From Anthoceros angustus (lineage: Eukaryota > Plantae > Anthocerotophyta), in NCBI GenBank assembly GCA_010909165.1, contig MU008160.1, positions 1,984,001 through 2,048,000 of the forward strand: DNA of 64,000 bases, given 5' to 3'. Made by a program: the position numbers and the translations under genes. The stretch's first letter is position 1; the number at the start of each line of letters is the position of its first letter. Below, piece after piece: positions 12,557-24,349 of the stretch. The notes under the pieces are model-generated. The model searched no databases. It had not been told where the DNA came from and saw nothing but the letters and a program-made list of their open reading frames with translations.

Positions 12557-12762
12557 AAGTCCATTTGCCTGTGATTTTAGGGCTAGTCCGGTATTAGAGC
12601 TAGAGCTGGATTAAGAGGTTGAGACAGAAGGACGAAAGTTGTCAGCCAGAAACTGGCAAAGACATATTCCGTAATTGGAAAGGAAAATGTTGCCGAACTA
12701 CCACTTGTTACAGCAAACAGCCCGAGTTGATTCAATGGGTTCTCCCTCAAGATTTTGCTTCA

Positions 12763-14056
12763 CTACTCGAGCACCTCCTCAAGGAGACCCTGCCAGAGAC
12801 GGAAAAGCAGTGTCATCAACTGACACTTGCTGAAGCAAAAGATGTGGTTGGGAACCTTCATGGTACGTAGTTATAACCTGTGCGACTAGAGGTTCCGCTT
12901 CAGTGCGCGTCATGAAATGGATGGAGTTGCGGATAAGTGACGTTGATTGGTCCCCCACCAACACCTCTCCAACGTTCTCCAAGACTCTCACCTGTACGTA
13001 TGGATCCTTCGGAGGAGTGGCGTCCTGAAAAGTTGAAGACCTCATCGTCAACACTATGGTTCTAAAAGCCTGCATTTGCAGGACAGAGCTAGGGGTTGTT
13101 GGACTTACAACAGTTAGATCCAGATCTATGTTCGACATGTGCGTTCCCAGCAGCGTAGAGTAGTCCTTGAAGAACTCCTTTTCTGAATGGCTCAGCTTCT
13201 CCTGTATATCCTGGGGTAATACGGCTCCCAGCTCCCACCTTAGACGACGTATCCTTTCCGCACGATTATACCTGAAGCAATCGGTGTGGTATACATTAGC
13301 GTTCGCAAACTAAGAGTCAAGGTGGAGAAAGGATCAGCAGTGTACGCTATCCAGAGACTGATCGAACCTGGACCTAGATTGAGAACTAGTCTGTAAAACA
13401 AATGCACAAAAACGGATTGATTGTAGCTCAAATCAGTCTAAGCTATCCAGATGTTGATCAAAACTAAACTCAGAGCTAGTCTGCCAAACACCAAACCGGC
13501 ATTGGTTTGCAACAGAAACCTGAAACGAGGCCTTCGTAATTGATTCCAAGTAGGCAACATACACATAAGCTAAGAGACAGCGCTTGTTACGAAGTATGCT
13601 GCAATGGTGAATGTATCCTCCCACATAGTCCGGTCCTTCAGTAGTCTGCACGTCTACACCCTCTTCCTCCATCTTCCTGGCAGACATCCATTTTAGGACA
13701 CCGACACTAGGTAGCAAACTGCTGACACACCTCCAGAAACACACGAAATAAAACACTTGACTGCACGTTAAGGTAGTGCGGAAAGGCACATACCGAAATC
13801 CGTTCTCCACCAGTTGGTGGTGCTCATGTATGTCTTCCAGAGCACCAGTGAAGATGTCCTCCTGCGTCCAGCAAATGAGGTACAATCATCCAAACTTACC
13901 ATCCGCCAGGGAGCCTAAACTCCACATTGAAAATTGAAACCTTGAAACCCTTGAAGCCAACGCTTGCAACCACTTGCTCACTTTGAAAGGAAGGATGCGA
14001 TGATCCTCACAGCCCTTAAGCTCATGCACCAACGACGACGCCTTCCTCCCATACAT
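12763..14056 (-). CDS. PSF1: GINS complex subunit PSF1 (GINS1), 6 exons, ~197 aa, intact
   Basis: Exons 14056-13982, 13861-13794, 13676-13563, 13271-13109, 13024-12878, 12789-12763. All introns are GT-AG and phases are consistent. Protein MYGRKA..LRNKRCLLAYVYNRAE..PPKDPYVQVRVL..HFMTRTEAEPL..GLLEEVLE. Confidence 0.93.
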
Positions 14057-14198
14057 AGCCATGTGCTCGATCTGCCAGTCCAACTCAGGAGCCCGCTTCC
14101 CACTTCCAGCTACTGAAAGCCCTAGAACTGTTTGAACGCGACACAAACACGAACCGGATCCCGAACCAAAATTGCTAGGGTTGGGACGGCTTATTGCG

Positions 14199-14662
14199 AT
14201 GTCCACCATGGAAGGGAGCAACCAGCACGCGGCACCGCCTCCCGAGTTCTTGAAAGGGTCTGTTGTTTCGATGTGTTCTCACAAGCCATTCGAGCTCGTG
14301 TGCCTGATCTGAATGAGCTTGCTTGAAAATTTTCAGCTGGCGATGCAAGAGCCGTCAGCACTGGCAACAGGGAGTGATACATTGTGATTTTGGTGACCTG
14401 CAGGGGTTGGGTTTTTTCTGTTGTCGGCACGCTGATCTCCATCCCTGTGGGGATAAGACGCAAGAGCCTGACTCCGCTGGTATTTTTCAGCACGACTGGT
14501 GCTATGCTGGACATCATTCTCAGCACCCAGTATCACGAGTGGGAGAAGAAGGAGCATGCCCGGCTCCAAAAAAGCACTGTTGAACAGAATGGACAGCAGA
14601 TTGCTCTAGGACGTGGGGATGTCATACTAGGAGACAACCAGCAGACCGAAGAGCTCAAGTAG
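14199..14662 (+). pseudogene. Small plant membrane protein of unknown function, apparently with a 1-nt frameshift (or an assembly error)
   Basis: The segment GWVFSVVGTLISIPVGIRRKSLTPLVFFSTTGAMLDII resembles a conserved uncharacterised plant protein (recalled, not verified). The upstream frame WRCKSRQHWQQGVIHCDFGDLQG joins it if one G of the run at 14403-14406 is removed. The exon model is uncertain. Confidence 0.45.
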
Positions 14663-14772
14663 TACATCAAGGATTTCTCTTTGGGAGTCTTTCTCATGGT
14701 TTGCACCAGCAGACCGAAGAGCTCAAGTAGTACATCAAGGATTTCTCTTTGGGAGTCTTTCTCATGGTTTGC
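14637..14772 (+). repeat. Perfect 68-bp tandem duplication (2 units)
   Basis: The unit accagcagaccgaagagctc...ctcatggtttgc starts at 14637 and 14705. Confidence 0.95.
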
Positions 14773-14976
14773 GGTGATGAAACTTGTTGTGCAAGCTAAC
14801 CGGGGACATGATTTCGTGAGAGTCGTGACGAATTGGGATCACTCGTGACAATTGGTATCTACACAAGATTGAAAACTCGTATAGTTTGGACTTGTAAGAT
14901 ATTCCATGTAAACATTGTCACTCCCGTCGTCAGTGATGTCTTCATTTTGCACAATGATAAGTTGTTGCAAGCCTCA

Positions 14977-17462
14977 TCATAGTTTTTCGTTTTTCTTCAC
15001 TTCTGGCGAGGTCCCTACTCTGGTTTCCCCGCCAGGTATCGTTCCCTGAATTATGTCGTTGATTTGTGGTCCTGGACAGCACCACTCTCTGATTTTGCTT
15101 CGGAAAATAAATACCAGGACTATGAACACCAGTGCAGCTGTAAAGCCTACAGCCACTCCTACATAGACAGCAGTCCTGTTGGGTTTCGGGGCTGGGGCTG
15201 GGGCTGGGGCTGGGGCTGGGATCCCTCCACACGAAGAGCAGCAGGCCATGTCACTATATGTATGCTGGAAGTCTGTCCGAGGACAAATTCCAGTGGAGGG
15301 GCCATTGCCACAGGTAGTCGCTGGGTCGGTTGCCTGCAAAACGGAGCTGTTAGGGACAAGGTAAGCAGAAAGGTAAATGTTTGGTTCTTCTGGAGAATCA
15401 ACTTACAGGTAGTGCGCATGATAGACTAGCGCCTGTGGCAGCAGCATTGGTAACCACTACCCCCCCCATCCTCTTCTGTAGAGCATTATCAATCGATCCT
15501 TGCAACGGAAGACTAAGGGACGCCTTTTGGATCAAGATGCCTGCTACTCCAATCAACTCCATGCCATCCCTTGTCATAACTGCAGTGAAGCTGGATGAGA
15601 CCTTCCATCACAATGGATCAAGAGAAAGGAGCCTGCCGTGCCGAATGGGAGTACCTGGGTAGGTGACTTCGATGACGGGCCCCAGTCCGTCGTAGTCGGT
15701 GTATCTCCCTAGCCAATAGGGCTTAGGGAAAACTGCTACATGGGCTCGAGCAAAGAAGGAAAACAGAGATCGGATTCCAAACAGAGGATTTTGCAGGTTG
15801 GCTACTACCTCGTAAGAACCTCCTACCGTGCAGGCAATGTTTGTGAGATTCCCCATGGCTGAAGAGCTTGTCACTCCAACACTGTACATGAGGACTTTCA
15901 CCTGTTGCTTCTCAAGCTCTTGGAGGACGGGATTCAGCTCCTCCACATTGACATAGTCCCCAAAATTTCCATCCGTCAAAACTACCACCACCTGTTGTAG
16001 ATGATCCCGGAATGAGAATTCTACCAGCAAAGAGAGTTTTTGTCAGCGTAAGAAAACTGTCTGGTGGGGGGATCATTACCTTGATTGCATCTCTTGGAGC
16101 TGCATCAAGCAGAGAAAGAGCTGAAGACAACCCAGCAGTATAATTGGCTACTCCTTGGTTGCTGGAAACGTTTAGACTTTCCACGGCCTTCGTCAGATTG
16201 AGCAGTTGCGCACTGCTTGGATCCGGACCTGTGAGTGGAACAGTCAACTGGGGCCACAGACGCAGTGAGAATTTTCCGCAAAGCTATGACCCCAGCCAGC
16301 TCTTAAGTAACCATGAAATGTGAGACCTTGCCTTTGCACCCAACTGGATGGCTGTGTTATTGCCGTCGAAGGTAATCACCGAAGCTTCATCTGTTGCTGA
16401 CAGTGTGTTCAACAGATTCCTAGTAGTGGTTTGGCAGATCTGCAGGAATGACGTTGCGGTGGTGACTGCTCCCAGTCCTCCCATGGAGTAACTGGAGTCC
16501 AATAGTATGACAAGACTCTTCTTTACACCAATACCTCCATTGTACCTGTCCAACGTAAACACATACCCATCTTGCAGATAGCACATAATTCAGGTGCAAC
16601 CGACTGCTCTTAGCAACATATCCAGATTCGCTCCTTACCAGGGCCGTTGTCTCACATCGTAGTGGTTGCAATCTACCAGAGCCTGGGAAGAAAACCATCC
16701 CGAGATGAGCTGCTGCAAGAGGCCAAGGGCGAAAGCGTCTCGCAAGATGTTTCCTAGTATATACTATCTCACCCTGCCAGGATAGAAGCGATGGGGACCT
16801 TCTACGCTGCCCACGGCATGGTTGAAAAACTCAGCACCCGTTCTGCTCGTTGCCAGGGACTTGAAGACAGCGTCATCCAGCGCACGCTGAGAGCAGATGG
16901 CATTCTTCACTTCGGGAGGAACTCCACCTATGCTATCAATGGGTGCCCTGCATTTGTAGGATCAGCATGGATGAATGGTCTGGTGAAGCAGAGACCCCAG
17001 GATACGCAACCTCAAATCTCACCTCACATAACTCCTGTCGTAAGACACCAACCCAGAGTCGCACACAGTGCCATTCCCATCTTGGCAACCTGTGTGGTTC
17101 AAGATTGACGCACACTCCAGCTGTTCTAGGTCCCCTAACACATAATCGCAAGGTCCTCTGGTGCAATTTTCCGGGGAATCACATGTTGCCACCAGCTCTG
17201 CCACATCCCGCAGAACTCCCCAGTCAGCAAGTGAGCTTCTACACATTCTGGTCAACACGTATGCCGAATCTCGCTTACCGCAGGTGTTTTCGTGGTTAAT
17301 TGTAGCCTGTTGCGCTATCAGCTGCACCTGATTCTCCTTCTCATCCAAGAATGCGTCAATGGCAGATGGGCTGGGGGCTGGCCCATCAGCAAACAAGCAA
17401 GCGCAATTTGTGAGCACCAGGTACACCAACATCCACCTTGCTGACCATCCAGCCATAGCCAT
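14977..17462 (-). CDS. Type I membrane protein with signal peptide, VWA_N-like region, VWA (MIDAS) and Cache-like segment; alpha2-delta/CACHD1-like, ~608 aa, 9 exons
   Basis: Exons 17462-17279, 17197-17023, 16947-16773, 16682-16639, 16545-16332, 16247-16080, 15991-15655, 15579-15407, 15333-14977 give an uninterrupted frame. Motifs: GSVEGPHRFYPG, YDVRQRPWY, LVILLDSSYSMG, VLTDG, YWLGRYTDYDGLGPVIEVTYPV, LIGVAG, a (PA)n linker and a TM helix AVYVGVAVGFTAALVFIVLVFIF. Confidence 0.85.
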
Positions 17463-18438
17463 GATCTGAGCTCTTGCGTCCCGATGTCTTCAACGAGAGT
17501 ACGGTCGTGATTGCCCAATCTCAAATCCGATCTATCCATATCCAGTCCGGAGTCGAATTTGACGATGTCAAGGCAAGCTTAGTCTTTGTAACTAACGGCG
17601 GGCTGGACGTGTGATTAAGTATTTTAAACTAAGAGGAGGCGAGTAAAAGGGTGGGCGTAAGGCGTAACGAACTGGTCCTTTCTTGGCAGGTTCAAGCCAA
17701 TTGACTGCGGTCAGCCCCTCTGCTTCATGATGGCCCGGAGCCCCGGCCGGACTGGTCACTCGGCCGCATGAGCTCCTCCTGTCTCAGAGCTCGGAACAGC
17801 ACAGCGATCAATGAGCATGGCAGGCGTTCCTGACGGATGCGTTACACAGCTTGGAGCAAGAAAGATCTGCAGCTGCATCCAACAAGATATGCGCATTCTT
17901 GCAGCCTCTGAAACTCAAGGACTTGAGAGCACTTCGCGATTAAGAGCTGCGCACCTTGTTGATGAATTGATTTTGATCTGTCACTTTCCTGCATGCTGGA
18001 CGAGCCACAGCACGACAACAGGTAGCCAAGGCTTGGTCTGCGCGGGTTTCTTGAAGGTGTGCATGCGGAATTTTGATTACTGGGAACGATTCTTGCAGCT
18101 TTCAGGCATCACAAGCATTTGATTAAAGATTCTCGATGGAACGAGTTCACGGAGTATAGGTTTGAGGAAGTCGAGAGAGGAGTTCTTTGTGGAAGCAAAG
18201 GCCGGGAATTCCGAGCTGTAGGTAACGGTGATATAGATACCAAGTATTGATTGACCTACAACAATGTTCTGGCTCCGGCGAGTGATCCATGGAACAGACT
18301 GGCTTTCAGCGCTCCGGACAGTGTACGAAAACCGTGTGCAACGATCAATCTTTTCCAGGAATTGGTTTTGATCTATCGGGACGGGGTAGGCGGAAGGAAA
18401 GAGGGAAATTGGCGGGCTTGGTGGAGCACGACTAGTCC

Positions 18439-20271
18439 ATGGGGCTGAAGCGTCAAAGCTCTTTCTCGGCGCGCCTTATGCGGATGCTGGTTGTCCCTTC
18501 GATGTTTCTCGTGATCGCAGTTTGTGTTTGGAGTGTCTTGATTATTGCCCCGCTCTCGTTACCGTGCGGGGAATCATGTTATACCTTGTTAGATATGCTT
18601 GCCATCAACCCTGCTCTTCAAGTGGACCCAGATGCTGTGCACATTGCCGGAAATTCTCTGGCGATCGATCTTGAGACAGGTTCTGTCGAGCAGCCTCTGG
18701 ATTCTTGGCCAGTGGGAAACGTGCAGGGCATGCATCACGCCTTCAACCTTGTTGGAGATGTCAATCTCCTGACTTCCTCTTCGTTCGAGGATTCGGAGAA
18801 AGAGAAAGCTTCGTATTTGAGTGGGAGTATGGGATTATTGCGCTCGCAAACATATCGGTCGGCCAGAGCACCAGAGGGAAGACAGAATGGGGAGCAAGGA
18901 AGCAACAGGATGCCTGACGAGGAAAGCATTGTAAGAGATTCAAAGCTTCAGGCACGAAGCACTGGCAGGCCATCGGAAAACGAGGTGCTAGCAGGGGTGA
19001 TGGCCGACATGGAAACGCTCCGAATTTCCGGAGCTCCTCTTACAGTCAAGCAGAATTCCACTGGTTCCGAATCTTGTGATGAGAGATACGTGTATGTCTA
19101 CGATCTGCCGAGTAAGTTCAACGCGGATTTGGTTGCCAATTGCAGCACGATCATGCCCTGGCACAGTCTTTGCGCGTTCTTTTCAAATTCTGGAATGGGC
19201 AAGGTGAGGTATGATCAAGCTTTGGTACCTTCTGGCAGGTGGTTTGAGACTCTACAATACTCTCTGGAGGTTCTGTTTCATGCTAAACTTCTGCACTACA
19301 GGTGCCTGACTTCCGATCCAGCTTCTGCTTCTTTGTTCTACATCCCCTTCTATGCAGGGCTTGATGTCTTGCATTGGAACTTTGCCTCCAACACCACTAC
19401 TCAACAGCGAGATCAACTGTCCCATGATCTGGTCCAGTGGCTGGAGACGCAGACGTGGTGGCATCGGAAAGGTGGGAGAGATCACGTCCTGGTGCTTGGC
19501 AAAATCACCTGGGATTTCAGAAGGGTGGACAACAAAACTACGTCCTGGGGCAGCTGCATGCTCAATCTTCCTCAGATGCAGAACCTAACAAAGCTCTTGA
19601 TTGAACGGGACCCCTGGCATGTGAACGATATCGGAGTGCCTCATCCAACCTATTTCCACCCTTCCTCAGATGACGACATCCGGTTATGGCAGCAGCTTGC
19701 ACTGAACAGTCCCAGAGACAGTTTTGTCAGCTTCGCGGGGATGCCAAGGCCTGGTGACCCCAACAACATCCGTACTCGGCTTATCCAACAGTGTGACGAG
19801 AAGAGGAATGCGAGTCTGTGTCGGGTATTGAAGTGCCACAAGCATCTCTGTCTTAAGCCGGAGGCCACAATGAAGCTCTTTCTGAATTCGCACTTCTGTA
19901 TGCAACCAGGGGGGGACAGTCCCACCAGACGGTCTATCTTTGACTCCCTGATCGCTGGCTGTATTCCAGTCCTTTTTGATCCTTATTCTGCTTATGCTCA
20001 ATATCCGTGGCACCTGCCCAAGGATTCTGATTCTTACTCAGTATATATTCCTCAGGAGGATGTGCGGAAGGGGATCGTGGATGTAGTGTCCATACTCCAA
20101 CAGGTGCCGGAGTCCAAATTGGAACAAATGAGGAAAACCATTCTGCTTGAAATTATGCCTCATCTGCTGTATGCACAGCCGGGTGCAAAGCTTTCGGTAT
20201 TTAACGATGCTTTTGATGTCAGCCTCCAAAACACCATGCACAGGGCTTATACTCGATCTTCAGATATGTAA
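18439..20271 (+). CDS. GT47/exostosin-family glycosyltransferase, xyloglucan galactosyltransferase (MUR3/KATAMARI1/XLT2)-like, 610 aa
   Basis: N-terminal TM anchor, then YVYVYDLPSKFN, ASLFYIPFYAGLD, GRDHVLVLGKITWDFRR, FCMQPGGDSPTRRSIFDSLIAGCIPVLF. Intronless open ORF. Confidence 0.95.
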   Translation: MGLKRQSSFSARLMRMLVVPSMFLVIAVCVWSVLIIAPLSLPCGESCYTLLDMLAINPALQVDPDAVHIAGNSLAIDLETGSVEQPLDSWPVGNVQGMHHAFNLVGDVNLLTSSSFEDSEKEKASYLSGSMGLLRSQTYRSARAPEGRQNGEQGSNRMPDEESIVRDSKLQARSTGRPSENEVLAGVMADMETLRISGAPLTVKQNSTGSESCDERYVYVYDLPSKFNADLVANCSTIMPWHSLCAFFSNSGMGKVRYDQALVPSGRWFETLQYSLEVLFHAKLLHYRCLTSDPASASLFYIPFYAGLDVLHWNFASNTTTQQRDQLSHDLVQWLETQTWWHRKGGRDHVLVLGKITWDFRRVDNKTTSWGSCMLNLPQMQNLTKLLIERDPWHVNDIGVPHPTYFHPSSDDDIRLWQQLALNSPRDSFVSFAGMPRPGDPNNIRTRLIQQCDEKRNASLCRVLKCHKHLCLKPEATMKLFLNSHFCMQPGGDSPTRRSIFDSLIAGCIPVLFDPYSAYAQYPWHLPKDSDSYSVYIPQEDVRKGIVDVVSILQQVPESKLEQMRKTILLEIMPHLLYAQPGAKLSVFNDAFDVSLQNTMHRAYTRSSDM

Positions 20272-22236
20272 ATTATATCCAATATCAGTAGATAATCAAA
20301 GTGTGAGTCTAGTTTCCTATATGGTTGAACCCTATTACCAATTGTTTGTAGGTACCTATTGCAAGAATAGAGACTTGGCACAGTGTTCACACTAACATCA
20401 TAATTTTTATGAACACTCAAATCAAAATCATAATTTTTAAGGAGTTAATAATGTAACAAGAACAGCTCTTTTTCCTATTTATTTTTGCTAGCTTAGGTTG
20501 AGGATAATAAAAGTGGCATTCTATACATAATTATGTACTTGAATATTATAAAAAGATTAAAATATTTAAAAAGTAGGAAAATAAATATTATAAAATAAAT
20601 TAATAAGATCGAATTAGCCAACCAAGTGGATCCTTACCAAGGCAAACACTTACCATATTTTAGGTTGTTATAATTGGTAAAAACTATATAGATTATTTAT
20701 ATATTATTTTTTAACTTTATTTATCAATCTTACATAATTTGTCTCAACATAAATTCAATGATTATTTTAACAAATATCTTATAATATCTAAGTCATATAT
20801 ACCACTGATTAAGTGATGGCTTGACAGGTCCCTATTGGATAAGATCCGTGCTGGAATGATGAAAGCTAGTACTTCATATGTGGCAAAGCACTGGGCATAA
20901 AACCAATAGAGGGGGAGAATTTGGAGTCTGCATTCCGCTGAAAAACATATAATGCAAAGCACAATTACTATTACTCGTGCGATTACATACATGACCTTGG
21001 TGTACAAAAACCATCTCCGGAATTTGAGGCGAAAAAAGGCCGAAAAAGCACGAGAAAAACAATCCAAGGGCTGCAACGCGAAACAGTAGCAACCGAAAAG
21101 CCCGAAAGAGGTGTCCCCGTACAGCGCGCCCCACCCCCTACCCGTAACCCGTTTACGGATTGTTCCTCGCGTGACATACGTCGCGGGTTCGACTCTTGTG
21201 GGCGGAAACGGCCAAGTGGTGGCAGATGTACCAGGGCCCAGGTGGTCGCTTTTGAGAATAGGCTTCTACACCTCCACCCATAATGACGACGTCTTGGTTA
21301 GAGTCAAAGCGCGGCATCCAAGGCGCCGGGGATCGAAACTGACGGCACGTCCTCGTCAGGCAGCCCAGACAGCAATACATGCAGGAGCGGCCTCCCGATT
21401 CCAGGCCCGCCGGGGTTCGAATCCGGCTGTGTCCTCCCGGGTCGGAGGCCTTCATGCTAAATACACCATACAAAAATGCAAGACCTTTCCCCAAGGCGGC
21501 CTAAACATCGTAAAGCAGCCTGGACGGTGGACACCCTGGACATAACAGCACGTGTTGGAGGCAGATGCTCGCCACGAGCCGATCACCTTGGATCGGTGGC
21601 TGCAACAACATACAGGCATACAGATCGATGGCAGTCGGCCGAGATGGGCATGACTTGAGAAGCGGCTTTTTCGCTTCAATGGTCAAGGTTCCTCTGATGC
21701 GAGACAACCAGCCAGAGATTGTTCCAAAACAAGCACTTGGGAGAAAATAGCACATGAGAGAACAGGTGACTGTAAGATAATCACGTCAAAGACTTGCATG
21801 ATGAGCCCATGGATGCAGGGAGATGAGGAAATAGACAAATGTCGGAGAACAAGCGGGGGATCTGAAGATTGGTGAAAAACGAGGGCAGGGAGCCTGGAGA
21901 AAATAGGCCCAGTTTGAGAGCGGAGGTGAACGATATTCGTCCGAACAGATCGGTCTGCATGACATGAAGGCTGTAATGTAAACCATAGTGGAGCAGAAAT
22001 AGAAACAGCACAAACACGAGGTACGTAAAGAATGCCAAATCCGAGGCCCGCTTAGATTATTGTGACCCGGCAGTCCAGGAGCAATCCATGGAACAGACTG
22101 GCATCCCGCGCTCCATGACACCCGTCAGTCCAGACTGTGTAAAAAAACTATGTGCAACGATGGATCTCCGCCAGGAATTGGTTTCACTCTCTCAGAAAGC
22201 TGGAGGTTGGCGGAGGTGCTGGAGGACGGCACTTCC

Positions 22237-24349
22237 ATGGGGCTGAAGCGTCAAAGCTCTTTCTCGGCTCGCCTTGTGCGGATGATGCTTGTCCCTTCAA
22301 TCTTTCTGGTGATCACATTTTCCTTTTGGATAGTGTTGGTTATTGGCCCGCTCTCGTTACCGTGCGAGGAATCATGTTATACCTTGTTAGACATGTTCGC
22401 CACCAATCGTGCTCTTCAAGCGGACAGAGCTGCTGTCCGCATTGTTGGAAATCCTCTGTCGAGAGGTATCCTTGAGACAGGAAACGTGCAGGGGAATGGC
22501 ATGCATCAAGGTCCTGACATTGTTGCACTAGGGGGGAGACGGAATGAGGAGCAAGGAAGCAACAGGACATCTCACGAGGAAGGCGATGCAAGAGATTCAA
22601 AGCTTCAGGCACGGGGCTCTAGCGAGCCATCGGAAGAGGTGGTGCTGGCAGCGGTGATGGCCGATATAGTGGAGAAGCTTCGCGTTTCCGGAGCTCCTCT
22701 TACGACTGTCAAGCGGAATTCCAGAGGTCCCGAGTCTTGTGATGGGAGATACGTGTATGTGTATGATCTGCCGAGCAAGTTCAATGCGGATTTGCTTGGC
22801 AACTGCAGCACGATCTTGTCCTGGTACAATCTCTGCGACTTCTTGTCAAATTCTGGAATGGGGAAAGTGAGGTATGATGAAGCTTTGCTACCTGCTGGGA
22901 GGTGGTTTGAGACTCACCAATACTCTCTGGAGGTTCTGTTTCACGCTAAGCTTCTGCACCACAGGTGCCTCACGTCCGATCCAGAAACGGCTTCCTTGTT
23001 CTACATCCCCTTCTATGCTGGGCTTGATGTTTTGCGTTGGATCTTTGCCTCTAACTCCACTACGCAACAGCTGGATCAACTGTCTCTTGATCTGGTCCAG
23101 TGGCTGGAGACGCAGCCATGGTGGCATCGGAAGGGAGGGAGAGACCACGTCCTTGTGCTTGGCAAAATCACCTGGGATTTCAGAAGGGTGGACAACAAAC
23201 CTAAGCCCTACGGCAGCTCCTTGCTCAACCTTCCTCAGATGCAGAACCTAACAAAGCTCTTGATTGAACGGCAGCCCTGGGATGTGAACGATATCGGAGT
23301 GCCTCATCCAACATTTTTCCACCCTTCCTCAGATGATGACATCAGGTTATGGCAGCAGTATGCACTGAACAGTCCCAGAGGCAGTCTTATCAGCTTCGCG
23401 GGGATGCCTAGGCCAGCTGACCCTAACAGCATCCGTTCTCGGCTTATCCAACAGTGTGAAGGGTGTCAGCCTGTGCCGGGTTTTGAGGTGCCAGAAGCGT
23501 CTCTGCCTTAAGCCTGAGGCCACAATGAAGCTCCTTCTGAGCTCTCACTTCTGTATGCAACCAGGGGGAGACAGTCCCACCAGACGGTCCATCTTTGACT
23601 CTCTGATCGCTGGCTGTATTCCAGTCCTTTTTGATCCCCATTCTGCTTATGCTCAATGTCCGTGGCACCTGCCGAAGGATTCTGATTCTTACTCAGTATA
23701 TATTCCTCAGGAGGATGTGCGGGAGGGAATCGTGAATGTAGTGTCCAGACTCCAGCAGTCCAAATTGGAACAAATGAGGAAAACCATTTTGTTTGAAATT
23801 TTGCCTCACCTGCTGTATACGGTACACAGCCTGGTGCGAAGCTTTCTGTATTTAAGGATGCTTTTGATGTCAGTCTCCAAAGCATGATCAATAGCAGGGT
23901 GTCATTTTGACCCCGTCCCAAGCTCGGTCCCGGTCCCGGCATGTGTTAAAAAAAACATGGGACCGGAGGCTCTTCAGGAGTCCGGTCCCCACCCTCGGTC
24001 CCCTATTACCCTCGGGGACCGAGGGTTCATAAAAGGTCCGGTTTAAAATTAGTAAATTACTTAATTTTATATCCAAAAAATTATATTTATTATGGACACA
24101 TAGACATCTTATCATGGACGCAGTTTACAGTCTGCCGGCTAGGCAGTCTGCAGTCTTTTATATTATTATTTATAAATTATTTATTTAATATATATTATAT
24201 TTAGTGACCAAGGGTCGCAAAAAGGCACGGTCCCTGCTTGGTCCGGGACCGAGCGTAGCCAGGCTAGGCGGTCCCGGGGACTGAGCTAGTACTCGGTCAA
24301 AATGACACCTTGATCAATAGGGCTTCTACTCGGTCCTCAAATTTGTAAA
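22237..24349 (+). pseudogene. Tandem paralog of the GT47 gene, frameshifted near the 3' end and interrupted by a hAT MITE
   Basis: Colinear with 18439-20271 from MGLKRQSSFSARL. Frameshifting deletion near 23455, further indels near 23760-23820, and the final codons are split by the insertion at 23895-24312. Confidence 0.88.
23895..24312. mobile_element. Non-autonomous hAT-type MITE, 418 bp
   Basis: 18-bp TIRs cagggtgtcattttgacc / ggtcaaaatgacaccttg (1 mismatch), 8-bp TSD atcaatag (23887-23894 and 24313-24320), subterminal GGTCCC/GGGACC repeats and an AT-rich core. Confidence 0.92.

Noticed and set aside
15185-15218. (GGGGCT)n microsatellite as a telomere-like repeat
   Set aside because: It encodes the Pro-Ala linker of the VWA membrane protein.
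21360-21440. tRNA-like GGGTTCGAATCC (and GGTTCGACTC at ~21185)
   Set aside because: Only a T-loop-like word is present. I could not build D-arm, anticodon-arm and acceptor-stem pairing.
10199-24349. Functional cluster of cell-surface genes (lectin, VWA-Cache, GT47)
   Set aside because: Interleaved with unrelated housekeeping loci (PSF1, RPL26) and no shared regulatory signal is visible; proximity alone is not evidence.
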